Shown in pieces: positions 8,319 to 17,418 of a DNA stretch of 53,540 nt. Location of the stretch: NCBI GenBank assembly GCA_964346695.1, contig CAYFVK010000001.1, forward strand, positions 88,601-142,140, in the 5' to 3' direction. This DNA is from an uncultured Mageeibacillus sp. GTDB lineage: Bacteria > Bacillota > Clostridia > Saccharofermentanales > DTU023. The notes under the pieces are model-generated. The model was not told the DNA's origin, did not search any database, and worked only from the letters and a program-made list of their open reading frames with translations. Made by a program: the position numbers and the translations under genes. Numbering within the stretch: the first letter of the stretch is position 1; every line of letters starts with the position of its first letter.

Positions 8319-9842
8319 ATGTACAAGACTTTAGATAATCAAATAGATAAATCAGATACTAAAATCGAGTCGCAACAGCCTTATTTCAAAAGTCTGCAAT
8401 CGTATGTGGAACAATGGACGCTGGAGAAAGGGAATAAACCCACTTATTTCATTCAAACGTTCGGCTGCCAGCAAAATGAAAACGACAGCGAGATTATCTC
8501 CGGTATTCTTGATACTTGCGGTTTTATTTCTGTTCCGGATTATGAAAAAGCGGATATCTCAATCATCAATACCTGCAGTATCAGGGAGAATGCAGATACG
8601 AGATTGTTCGGTCATCTGGGTATATTAAAAACACTGCACAGTCTAAATAATGATCGACTGACCTTACTTTGCGGCTGTATGATGACTCAGAAACAGCATA
8701 TTGAAAAAATCAAGAAGAGTTTTTCCTTCGTCAATTTGATTTTCGGCCCTCATGATATTTATCGTTTGCCGCAGCTTTTATGGGACAGTATAGGGAAAAA
8801 TGAAAAACTGATTGCCGTATCGAAGGTAAATCGTATGGTTGAACAGGAACATTTGCCGGTTACCCGCTCCAGAAAGTTTCGTGCGCTGGTTTCGATCATG
8901 TATGGCTGTGATAATTTTTGTACGTTCTGCATTGTCCCTTATACCAGAGGCAGAGAAATCAGCCGTTCCTTCAAGGCGATCTATGAGGAAATCACAGAGC
9001 TTGTAAATGAGGGTTATACGGAAGTGATGCTGCTCGGTCAAAATGTAAATGCCTGGGGCAAGGATCTTCGCGGCAAAACAGAAGGTCCTCAGAATTTTGC
9101 TCAATTATTGGAAGCGATTGCCCAATTTAAGGAATTAAAGAGGATTCGTTATATGAGTCCGAATCCGAGAGATATCGATCAGGAATTAATTGATATTATC
9201 GGGAAATATAAAAATATTGAACCGCATATGCATTTGCCTTTGCAATCAGGTTCCGACGCCATATTAAAAAAAATGGGCCGCCGCCACAATCGCGAACGCT
9301 ATTTGGACATCGTGAACAAACTTAAACTGGCCAGACCGGAAATAAGTATCACGACAGATATTATCGTAGGGTTTCCCGGAGAAACAGAGGAAGATTTTGA
9401 AGATACGTTGGATTTGATGAGAAAAGTCGAATTTGACAGTGCCTTTACCTTTATCTATTCACCCAGAGAGGGGACACCGGCTGCTAAATATAAGGATCAG
9501 ATTGAGCAGGATATCGTGATGGACCGCTTCAATCGGTTAGTTGAACTGCAAAACGCACATAGCTTAAAAGCGAATCAAGCAGTGATCGGAAAGACTGAAG
9601 AAGTTTTATTGGAGGGTGTGAGCCATGGCGACAATAAAATCCTGAGCGGCAGAACGGCAGATTTTAAATTAATTAATCTCTCCATTCCCGATAATATTAT
9701 GAACCGTTTGCCGAGTGACGCTTTTGAGGAATCCGGATTTAACGGTGATTTTTTTGAAGGAAAATATTGTCAGGTTAAATTATTGAAAGCAAAAACTTTT
9801 TCTATTGAGGGAGAAATGGTGACCTTAGATGCTGACCTTTGA
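8319..9842 (+). CDS. miaB: tRNA (N6-isopentenyl-A37) methylthiotransferase MiaB
   Basis: 507 aa. UPF0004 motif FIQTFGCQQNENDSE, radical-SAM CDNFCTFCIVP, C-terminal TRAM region. Conserved position upstream of mutS. Confidence 0.9.
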   Translation: MYKTLDNQIDKSDTKIESQQPYFKSLQSYVEQWTLEKGNKPTYFIQTFGCQQNENDSEIISGILDTCGFISVPDYEKADISIINTCSIRENADTRLFGHLGILKTLHSLNNDRLTLLCGCMMTQKQHIEKIKKSFSFVNLIFGPHDIYRLPQLLWDSIGKNEKLIAVSKVNRMVEQEHLPVTRSRKFRALVSIMYGCDNFCTFCIVPYTRGREISRSFKAIYEEITELVNEGYTEVMLLGQNVNAWGKDLRGKTEGPQNFAQLLEAIAQFKELKRIRYMSPNPRDIDQELIDIIGKYKNIEPHMHLPLQSGSDAILKKMGRRHNRERYLDIVNKLKLARPEISITTDIIVGFPGETEEDFEDTLDLMRKVEFDSAFTFIYSPREGTPAAKYKDQIEQDIVMDRFNRLVELQNAHSLKANQAVIGKTEEVLLEGVSHGDNKILSGRTADFKLINLSIPDNIMNRLPSDAFEESGFNGDFFEGKYCQVKLLKAKTFSIEGEMVTLDADL

Positions 9843-12456
9843 TCAAGTTGATATCGAAAATCTTACTCCCATGATGCAGCAGTATTTGACAGAAAAAGAA
9901 AAGCGTCCGGACTGCTTGATATTTTTTCGTCTGGGCGATTTTTACGAGTTGTTTTTCGACGATGCGATAGTCGCTTCAAGGGAACTGGAATTGACATTGA
10001 CCGGCAAAGATTGCGGCTTGTCCGAACGTGCTCCGATGTGCGGAGTTCCGCATCATGCAGCAGATAATTATATATTGCGTCTGGTAAAAAAAGGCTTCAA
10101 GGTTGCCATCGTTGAACAAGTTGAGGATCCGGCTCAAGCCAAGGGTCTGGTAAAACGGGAAGTTATTAAAATCGTCACCCCCGGAACATTAACGGATCAA
10201 GGTTACTTAGATGAAAAAAAATATTCTTTTATAGCCTCTATTTTTATGAAAGATCAATATTATGGACTTGCCGTATGCGACATATCGACCGGTTTCTTTG
10301 AAACTTGTGAAATAAATCATGGCGTTACGAATAACAAGTTAATCGACGAAATCGCGAGATATAAACCGTCCGAGATTCTATGTAATAACGACTTTGCCTC
10401 AACTGAAACATGTAAGCACATTTTGGAAGACGTTGAATTGACGCTGACAGTACAACCTGACAGCACTTTTCAAATATCCGCAATTGAAAGATATTCAGAA
10501 TTCATGGAGCTTACAGGTGAATATAGTCTGTGGGCGGCAGCATCTGCCTGCTTATTAGCTTATATCGAAAATACTCAATTTCGCTTGCCGAAAGAAATTA
10601 AGAATATTAAGCCCTATAAATTAGATGAATTCATGTTGTTGGATCAAAATGCCAGAAGAAATCTTGAATTAACCGAAACCATTAGGGAACGCAAACGAAA
10701 AGGCTCGCTTCTCTGGGCTATCGACAAAACCGCGACAGGCATGGGATCGAGATTATTAAGATATTGGATTGAACAGCCTTTGCTCGATCTCGATTTAATT
10801 CAGAAACGGCAAAATGCGATCGCCTATTTTTTGGATCATTTTATCGAAAGACAGGAAATTATCGCTTTATTGAAAAACCTTTACGATCTGGAACGCTTGA
10901 GCGGCAGAATTGCTTTAGGTCAAGTCAATGCCCGTGATTTATATGCTTTAATTGATATTTTAGAAAGAATTAAACCGTTAAAAGATATTCTTGGCGGCGT
11001 GGGCGATCCGTATTTGACCGAACTGGAACAAAATTTATCCGTACTGCCTGATCTGATCTCCTTACTAAAAGCATCACTGCGGGAAAATCCTCCTCTCAGC
11101 TTAAAAGATGGAGGAATTATTAAAGAAGGCTATCATGAGTTGGTTGATAAATACCGTGACGCCGCAATCAATGGCAAAAACTGGATTCTTGAACTGGAAA
11201 AAAAAGAACGTGAAAAAACCGGTATTAAATCACTGAAAGTCGGTTATAATCGTATTTTCGGCTATTATATCGATGTTCGAAAAACGAATCTCGATCTGGT
11301 TCCGGATTCTTATATCAGAAGGCAAACTTTAACGAATTCCGAGCGTTATATTACCGAAGAGTTAAAGCAGATGGAAAATGAAATTTTAGGTTCTGAGCAA
11401 AAATTAATTGCTTTAGAATATAAACTTTTTTTGGAAATCAGAGACGAGGTCACATCTCAGGTTCTGTCTTTAAAAAATAACGCGAGTGTAATAGCCCAAT
11501 TAGATGTTCTTTGCTCTTTGGCAGCACTTGCTGAAAAAGAGAATTACTGCAAGCCGATCGTCAATTATGATGATCAGTTGATCATTCAGGGAGGTCGTCA
11601 TCCGGTTGTTGAAAAATCGCTCCCCGGCGGCAGCTTTGTTCCGAATAACACAGAACTGAACGGCACAGACAAGAAAATCATGATTTTAACGGGCCCGAAT
11701 ATGTCCGGTAAATCAACCTATATGCGCCAAGTCGCATTAATCGTCTTATTAGCTCAAATCGGCAGTTTTATCCCTGCAGAATCAGCTCGAATCGGGATTG
11801 TCGATCGTATATTTACCAGAGTCGGAGCCTCAGATGATTTAGCTTCAGGACAATCTACATTTATGGTTGAAATGAACGAAGTTGCTCAGATTATGCGCAA
11901 TGCTACCAGAAAAAGTCTGCTGATATTAGATGAAATCGGTCGGGGAACAAGTACCTACGACGGCTTATCGATTGCCTGGTCGGTCGTTGAGCATATCGTT
12001 GATCCAAATTATATCAGCGCCAGAACTCTGTTCGCGACGCATTATCATGAATTGACTGATCTGGCTGATTCCACTCAAGGGATTTTCAATTGTCATATTT
12101 CAGCGACAAACAAGGAAGAAGGTATTGTTTTTCTCCATCAAATTAAAGAGGGGAGCGCAGGGGAGAGCTATGGTATTGAGGTAGCGGAGCTGGCCGGAGT
12201 ACCTGACACAGTCGTCAACCGGGCAAGAGAAATATTGCATCAATTGGAAAAAGATAATCACGGCAAACGTTTAACGATTAAAAAAACCGCCAGACCGTTA
12301 GATGGTCAGGTTGATCTTTTTTCTGCCGCACAAAACTTTAATCAAAGTGTCAAAGTTGTAGAACATTTGAAAAATATTGATATGGATTATGTCAGTCCGG
12401 TCGACGCCAGAAAAATCCTGGAAGAATTAATCGCGGAAGCAAAAGGAAAAATATAA
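9829..12456 (+). CDS. mutS: DNA mismatch repair protein MutS
   Basis: 875 aa. LTPMMQQY and GDFYELF mismatch-binding motifs, Walker A GPNMSGKST, DEIGRGTSTYDG. Confidence 0.98.
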   Translation: MLTFDQVDIENLTPMMQQYLTEKEKRPDCLIFFRLGDFYELFFDDAIVASRELELTLTGKDCGLSERAPMCGVPHHAADNYILRLVKKGFKVAIVEQVEDPAQAKGLVKREVIKIVTPGTLTDQGYLDEKKYSFIASIFMKDQYYGLAVCDISTGFFETCEINHGVTNNKLIDEIARYKPSEILCNNDFASTETCKHILEDVELTLTVQPDSTFQISAIERYSEFMELTGEYSLWAAASACLLAYIENTQFRLPKEIKNIKPYKLDEFMLLDQNARRNLELTETIRERKRKGSLLWAIDKTATGMGSRLLRYWIEQPLLDLDLIQKRQNAIAYFLDHFIERQEIIALLKNLYDLERLSGRIALGQVNARDLYALIDILERIKPLKDILGGVGDPYLTELEQNLSVLPDLISLLKASLRENPPLSLKDGGIIKEGYHELVDKYRDAAINGKNWILELEKKEREKTGIKSLKVGYNRIFGYYIDVRKTNLDLVPDSYIRRQTLTNSERYITEELKQMENEILGSEQKLIALEYKLFLEIRDEVTSQVLSLKNNASVIAQLDVLCSLAALAEKENYCKPIVNYDDQLIIQGGRHPVVEKSLPGGSFVPNNTELNGTDKKIMILTGPNMSGKSTYMRQVALIVLLAQIGSFIPAESARIGIVDRIFTRVGASDDLASGQSTFMVEMNEVAQIMRNATRKSLLILDEIGRGTSTYDGLSIAWSVVEHIVDPNYISARTLFATHYHELTDLADSTQGIFNCHISATNKEEGIVFLHQIKEGSAGESYGIEVAELAGVPDTVVNRAREILHQLEKDNHGKRLTIKKTARPLDGQVDLFSAAQNFNQSVKVVEHLKNIDMDYVSPVDARKILEELIAEAKGKI

Positions 12457-12468
12457 AAGGTTCAGTAT

Positions 12469-14373
12469 ATGATACAAGTATTAGATACCCTGACAGCTAA
12501 CGGAATTGCTGCCGGAGAGGTAATTGAAAGACCCGCTTCGGTCGTAAAGGAATTGATCGAAAATTCTCTGGACGCGGGTGCTTCGATTATTCATTGCCGA
12601 ATCGAGCAGGGCGGCATAAAAAAAATCGTAATTACGGATAATGGCATCGGCATGACAAAAGAGGATGCCCAAATTGCTTTTCAAAGACATGCCACCTCAA
12701 AATTACATAAATTATCTGATTTGGACAGCTTGACAACCATGGGCTTTCGCGGCGAGGCTTTAGCTAGTATCGCCGCGGTATCCAATATCTGCTTAAGGAC
12801 AAGGCAAATCGGCAGCGATGAAGGTTTTGAAATTCGGCTGAGTGCAGGTCGGATTATCCAATCCGGAAAAGTAGGCTGTCCCGAAGGTACGCAAATTGAA
12901 ATAACCGATTTATTCCATAATGTTCCGGCAAGATACAAATTTCTGAAAAAAGATTCGGCGGAACAGGGCTTTATCAGCGACTTAATAACTCGTTTAGCAC
13001 TTTCAAGATCAGATGTATCTTTTCGTCTCAGCACGAATGGCAAAGATCTGATCTATACTCCCGGCAACAATGATCTGTTGAGCACCATTTATGTATTATG
13101 GGGAAAAGAAGTCGCTGAATCCATGCTCTCCGTGAATTATCAGCATGAGCAGATAAAAGTGCAGGGCTATCTTTCAACACCGCAAGTCGCACGCGGCAAC
13201 AGAAGTCGGCAGATTATTTTTGTCAATAAACGCAATATCGTTTCCAAAGTTATTTCTTCAGCTATTTTTGAAGCGGGGAAAACCTGGTTTATGAAAGGAA
13301 AATTCCCTTCTTTGGTCCTCAATTTAGAAATTCCGACTTCCTTGGTTGATATTAACGTTCATCCTCAAAAAACAGAAGTCAGATTCTGGAATGAACAAAT
13401 CGTATTCCGGGCCATTTATCATGCTTTAAGAGATGCTTGGGAAGGGGACTCTACCGTTATTAAAGGGGAGATTATCAGCAAATCAGAACATACTCAAACC
13501 CCGGTCATGATAATCGATGACAAACTTGATCAAAGCGGATTTCCTGAAAACAAGCAGCCTGTTCCTGAAAGACAACAGACTTTGGCTGAAAGCGGATTAT
13601 TATCAGATGATGCAGGGCGATCGGAGCTTCAACATCAGGACTATCAGGGACTGGTAGAGAATAAGGTAAGTCCGCATGAGCAGGCTGAAGTATTTTTGCA
13701 CAATTATAAAATCGAAGAACAGAAACCGGATCAGAATCAAATGTCAAAGTCAATTAAACCGGTCAAACATTCCGAGCTGGAGTATTTGTTAAAGGCACGT
13801 TTAATCGGTCAGGTCTTTCAAACTTATTTATTGCTGGAATACGAGGATAAATTTATCTTGATTGATCAGCATGCGGCGCATGAGCGTATTCTGTACGAAG
13901 AATTACATGAAAAATATTTAAAAGAGAAAAGCCAACCGGCTTTCAAACAAACATTGCTGCAGCCAATTCCCGTCGAGGTTACGAATCAGGAAATGGCTTT
14001 GCTGGAAGAACATAGAGATGAGATTTGCCGATTGGGGTTCGAGTTGGATGTTTTCGGCGGGGATACTATATTAATTCGAACCGTACCGGACACAAAATCA
14101 GGTAAAATGAACGCGGTTAACGCGGTTAAGGCAATCATCGATTCTTTGCTTGACCGCTCTTTCTGGGAACAGGATAAACAGGATGAACTTTTATACACCG
14201 TCGCCTGTAAGGCCGCTATTAAGGCGCATGATAATCTGAGTTATACCGAAATGAAAGAGATAATTAGACAATTATTGACGCTAAATAATCCTTTTCATTG
14301 TCCGCACGGCAGACCTTTGATGGTCGAATTAAGCAGAAACGATCTGGAAAAATTATTCAGAAGAATTATTTAA
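12469..14373 (+). CDS. mutL: DNA mismatch repair endonuclease MutL
   Basis: 634 aa. GHKL ATPase N-terminus (AAGEVIERPASVVKELIENSLDAG). Endonuclease motifs DQHAAHERILYE, ACKAAIKA and CPHGRP. Confidence 0.97.
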   Translation: MIQVLDTLTANGIAAGEVIERPASVVKELIENSLDAGASIIHCRIEQGGIKKIVITDNGIGMTKEDAQIAFQRHATSKLHKLSDLDSLTTMGFRGEALASIAAVSNICLRTRQIGSDEGFEIRLSAGRIIQSGKVGCPEGTQIEITDLFHNVPARYKFLKKDSAEQGFISDLITRLALSRSDVSFRLSTNGKDLIYTPGNNDLLSTIYVLWGKEVAESMLSVNYQHEQIKVQGYLSTPQVARGNRSRQIIFVNKRNIVSKVISSAIFEAGKTWFMKGKFPSLVLNLEIPTSLVDINVHPQKTEVRFWNEQIVFRAIYHALRDAWEGDSTVIKGEIISKSEHTQTPVMIIDDKLDQSGFPENKQPVPERQQTLAESGLLSDDAGRSELQHQDYQGLVENKVSPHEQAEVFLHNYKIEEQKPDQNQMSKSIKPVKHSELEYLLKARLIGQVFQTYLLLEYEDKFILIDQHAAHERILYEELHEKYLKEKSQPAFKQTLLQPIPVEVTNQEMALLEEHRDEICRLGFELDVFGGDTILIRTVPDTKSGKMNAVNAVKAIIDSLLDRSFWEQDKQDELLYTVACKAAIKAHDNLSYTEMKEIIRQLLTLNNPFHCPHGRPLMVELSRNDLEKLFRRII

Positions 14374-14376
14374 GTT

Positions 14377-15321
14377 ATGATAAATGATAATTATAAAAAA
14401 GTTATTACTATTTGCGGGCCGACTGCGTCAGGAAAATCCGATCTGGCTGTTCAGTTAGCCGGAAAAATCGACGCCGATATTGTTTCCGCTGACTCCATGC
14501 AAATCTATAAGGATATGAACATCGGTACCGCCAAAGTTTCACGGGAAGTTCAAGCTGAAGTGAAGCATTATATGATTGATATCGTTAAGCCGACTGAAAA
14601 TTACAGCGTGGCAAATTATGTGAATGAAGCGACGAAAATCATTAAAAACCTGCATGATAAACAGCGCAGGGTAATTTTATGCGGGGGAACGGGACAATAT
14701 ATCAACGCCTTGCTGGATGGCTTGATCTTTATTGATGTACCTGTTGATAGAGCTTTGCGCGAACAGTTGGCAAGAGAAATTGATACCGATAACGCGGCAA
14801 TGTGGCATCAAAAATTAGCCGAACTGGATTCAAAGGCGGCGGAAAAAATCAATGTGAATGATATAAAAAGGATCAGACGATTTTTTGAAGTTTTTTATTC
14901 AACTGATTTAACTCAAACGGAAATCAATATAAAATCTCGTGAAAAAGGTCCGGATTTTGAATTTTTGAATTTTTATATTAAGCCGGAGCGGGCTCTTTTG
15001 TATCAGAATATTAATCGCAGAACTGAGCAAATGTTCGCTCAAGGTCTGATTGAAGAGGTTGAGTCCTTGCTGCAAAAATATCCGGGTGTTGATCAGTGCC
15101 AGAGTTTTCAAGCGATCGGTTATAAAGAAACACTGGCTTTTATCAATAATAAAGTCGGTTTTGAAGAGGCTCTTGAAATGATTGCCAAAACTACGAGGAA
15201 TTACGCCAAACGCCAATATACATGGTTTAATGCCAGAACAGACCTAATCGAATTGGATGATATTATTTCTTCACAGGCGGCAATCGATAAAGCGCTGGAG
15301 AAGATAAGCAGATTTCTATAA
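14377..15321 (+). CDS. miaA: tRNA dimethylallyltransferase MiaA
   Basis: 314 aa. P-loop GPTASGKS, SADSMQIYKDMNIGTAK, YAKRQYTWF. Confidence 0.95.
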   Translation: MINDNYKKVITICGPTASGKSDLAVQLAGKIDADIVSADSMQIYKDMNIGTAKVSREVQAEVKHYMIDIVKPTENYSVANYVNEATKIIKNLHDKQRRVILCGGTGQYINALLDGLIFIDVPVDRALREQLAREIDTDNAAMWHQKLAELDSKAAEKINVNDIKRIRRFFEVFYSTDLTQTEINIKSREKGPDFEFLNFYIKPERALLYQNINRRTEQMFAQGLIEEVESLLQKYPGVDQCQSFQAIGYKETLAFINNKVGFEEALEMIAKTTRNYAKRQYTWFNARTDLIELDDIISSQAAIDKALEKISRFL

Positions 15322-15606
15322 GCCGGCTGAACTTATAAATTCTTAATGAACTATGATTAGTTCAAATTTCATAAAGATAAGATTAAATATTGTGCAAATT
15401 AACTGTATCTTTTTGCTACATTTTTGTTTATAATACTTACAATATCAGTTATTAATCAATTTTTAGAATTTATCGGTTTTTATAAACTTTTACAACTATT
15501 ACTCGCAATTCTTTCAATCAAATTTGATAATTTTATAATATAACACTCCTCATCACTTAAAAATATTTATATATATAAATAAATTAACAGGAAAGGAGAA
15601 AAAATT

Positions 15607-15918
15607 ATGAATTATTTGAATGATCATGACTCGATCAGCAGCAACCATAAAATGAAAGATAGTTTTCTCAATTTTTGTCGAAAAAGAGAAATTGAAGTTA
15701 TCTTAGAAATGAACAATTCAGTCAGAGCGGAAGGTTATATTGTAGGCTTTGATCAGGATAGTATCGTTCTAAATTGCAACGGATCTCAGCATCTGTTTTT
15801 CTTAGCAGGAATGTGCTGCATTAAACCCAAAAAAGAAGTCAACTATATCTTCAATGAGGCATATCGCTACAAAAAAACATTAAAGAGATACCCTGAGTAC
15901 ACCGCGAACTATTCCTAA
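15607..15918 (+). CDS. hfq: Divergent Hfq-like (Sm-fold) protein
   Basis: 103 aa, at the conserved position after miaA. KDSFLNFCRKREIEVILEMNNSVRAEGYIVGFDQDSIVL aligns with the Hfq QDxFLNxxRKxxxxVxIxLxNGxxLxGxIxxFDxFxxLL consensus. The Sm2 YKHAIST motif is replaced by FFLAGMC. AAAGGAGA RBS about 8 nt upstream of the ATG. Confidence 0.65.
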   Translation: MNYLNDHDSISSNHKMKDSFLNFCRKREIEVILEMNNSVRAEGYIVGFDQDSIVLNCNGSQHLFFLAGMCCIKPKKEVNYIFNEAYRYKKTLKRYPEYTANYS

Positions 15919-16518
15919 GATCCGACATCCCTCATGATCAAAGGGAATAGGCTCATAAAGGGAGTTTCTGGGAATGAGATAGGGCCGGCCGTCAATTTCA
16001 CCAAGTACTTTAACCGTTGCTTCATCGTCGATCAATGCTACAATAATATCACCTTTTTGGGCATAGTTTCGTTTCTCAACGTAGACTAAATCTCCGTCCA
16101 TAATAGCGGCTTCTTCCATAGAGTCGCCTTGAACTTGAAGAACATACATATCCGGATATTTATCGAAATAATCGGGTATCGGGATTTGTTTTTCTACATT
16201 TTCAACTGCCAAAATAGGTCGCCCTGCGGTAACATGACCGATTAACGGAGCGTTGCGCACTTCATAAGACATATGTAAGTCTTGATCAGGAATAACTATA
16301 GCACGTCGTTTGCCGTCGCTGTATGTAATGCGGCCTTCACTTTGCAGACGATTTAAATGATTATGAACAGTCGAAGTAGATTTAACGCCGATACCTTTGC
16401 ATATATCTCTGACAGAGGGTGAAAATCCATTTTCCTGTAAATAATTTACAATAAAATCAAAAACTTTATCCGCGGTTTGATCAACATTGGCTCTTGTAAA
16501 ACGGTATTTTTCACTCAT
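15880..16518 (-). CDS. lexA: LexA repressor (SOS regulator)
   Basis: Winged-HTH N-terminus (SPSVRDICKGIGVKSTSTVHNHLNRL), Ala-Gly cleavage site (VTAGRPI), Ser/Lys dyad region (GDSM ... VEKR). The track ORF starts at a TTG (16536). I prefer the ATG at 16518, which has a GGAG 6 nt upstream. Confidence 0.93.
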   Translation of the reverse strand: MSEKYRFTRANVDQTADKVFDFIVNYLQENGFSPSVRDICKGIGVKSTSTVHNHLNRLQSEGRITYSDGKRRAIVIPDQDLHMSYEVRNAPLIGHVTAGRPILAVENVEKQIPIPDYFDKYPDMYVLQVQGDSMEEAAIMDGDLVYVEKRNYAQKGDIIVALIDDEATVKVLGEIDGRPYLIPRNSLYEPIPFDHEGCRILGIVRGVLRVSL

Positions 16519-16595
16519 AATGTACTCCGAATCCAATCAATAGGATATAAAATTTGAATATGATAAAATATCTATAAATTTAATAAAAATATAAC

Positions 16596-16609
16596 AGAAC
16601 GATTGTTCG
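16596..16609. promoter_or_regulatory. LexA operator (Cheo/SOS box) 1
   Basis: aGAACgattGTTCg is a perfect GAAC-N4-GTTC palindrome, matching the Gram-positive consensus CGAACRNRYGTTYG. It lies in the lexA/16669 divergent intergenic region. Confidence 0.8.
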
Positions 16610-16613
16610 ATGT

Positions 16614-16627
16614 CAAACGATTGTTCT
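16614..16627. promoter_or_regulatory. LexA operator (Cheo/SOS box) 2, one mismatch
   Basis: cAAACgattGTTCt is a direct repeat of box 1 (AACGATTGTTC, two copies 18 nt apart), 42 nt upstream of the ATG at 16669. Confidence 0.6.
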
Positions 16628-16668
16628 TTTTATGAAATTTAGGAAAATAATAATTAAAGAGGCTTAAA

Positions 16669-17169
16669 ATGGATCAAACGAATTCAGTGCAAAATCAAAA
16701 CAGTAATCAACCTGATCAACAAATTCCTGTCAGATCGAATACAGATAATATAAATGAACAAACCATCGTAGCTCCTAACTCAAATGCATATAGCACGGAA
16801 GAATTAAAAGCATATGTTAAAAAGAAACCGCAAAAAATCAAAGAAACAAATGAGCCGGATAACAAGCCGTGGTTAATCGATCAGCGCAAAGGCGCAAAAG
16901 TTTACGAATTGGTCGGATATACAACAGTTGGCAAGGTGGATCAGACTTTTGAAAAAAGACACAGACAAAATGTTCTGAAAAGATTTTTAATTACGATCTT
17001 ATTAATTATTATTATTTTCTTATTGTTTATCATCTTAAATCCATTTAAAGCCGGGACAGATTTCAATAGAATATTGGGAATTAACAGTAAATATTCGGAT
17101 GAAGAGATGAGAAATCAAACATATAACACAGTACAGGAAAATAATTCAGAGAGTGATTCGACAAATTAG
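16669..17169 (+). CDS. Hypothetical single-pass membrane protein, divergent from lexA (candidate SOS-regulated gene)
   Basis: 166 aa. Q/N-rich low-complexity N-terminus, basic patch KRHRQNVLKR, then a TM helix FLITILLIIIIFLLFIILNPF and a roughly 45-aa tail. AAAGAGG RBS. SOS boxes lie immediately upstream. Confidence 0.65.
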   Translation: MDQTNSVQNQNSNQPDQQIPVRSNTDNINEQTIVAPNSNAYSTEELKAYVKKKPQKIKETNEPDNKPWLIDQRKGAKVYELVGYTTVGKVDQTFEKRHRQNVLKRFLITILLIIIIFLLFIILNPFKAGTDFNRILGINSKYSDEEMRNQTYNTVQENNSESDSTN

Positions 17170-17206
17170 TTGTTGTTTTTACTTCTTATTTATTTTTCAT
17201 CACTAT

Positions 17207-17236
17207 AACTTCGCAAAATTATTATTTTGCGAAGTT
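17207..17236 (+). terminator. Perfect 12-bp hairpin, probable terminator after the 166-aa gene
   Basis: aacttcgcaaaa (17207-17218) pairs with ttttgcgaagtt (17225-17236) around a 6-nt loop. There is no separate T-tract after the stem. Confidence 0.4.
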
Positions 17237-17418
17237 CAATGCCTCTCTACATCTCAATTATTTTTCTCTTTGGTACTTCTGTCCCTTTTTCAAGATAATG
17301 AAAATATTCAAATCAAATTCTGTAAATTGTCAACTTTAATAAAGTCTTAATTCATGATAGTATATTAATCGTATTTTTTTACAAATATATTTCCTGTATC
17401 AAAGAGGTTAATCTATTA

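Noticed and set aside
16519-16536. N-terminal extensions from non-ATG track starts: lexA TTG 16536, rpe TTG 30613, uppS TTG 52639, polC TTG 47239, ABC ATPase GTG 22699, asd TTG 27176, and the fmt ATG 39758 inside def
   Set aside because: In each case a downstream ATG has a better-placed GGAG-type RBS or gives the canonical family N-terminus. The uppS extension would also run through the frr terminator hairpin. Coordinates were trimmed accordingly, with moderate certainty.
17153-17350. 65-aa + ORF in the spacer after the 166-aa gene, and a 19-codon hydrophobic sORF (ATG around 17240)
   Set aside because: The 65-aa ORF overlaps the end of the preceding gene and runs through the 17207-17236 hairpin. 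Neither has a Shine-Dalgarno sequence, and AT-rich spacers readily give such frames.
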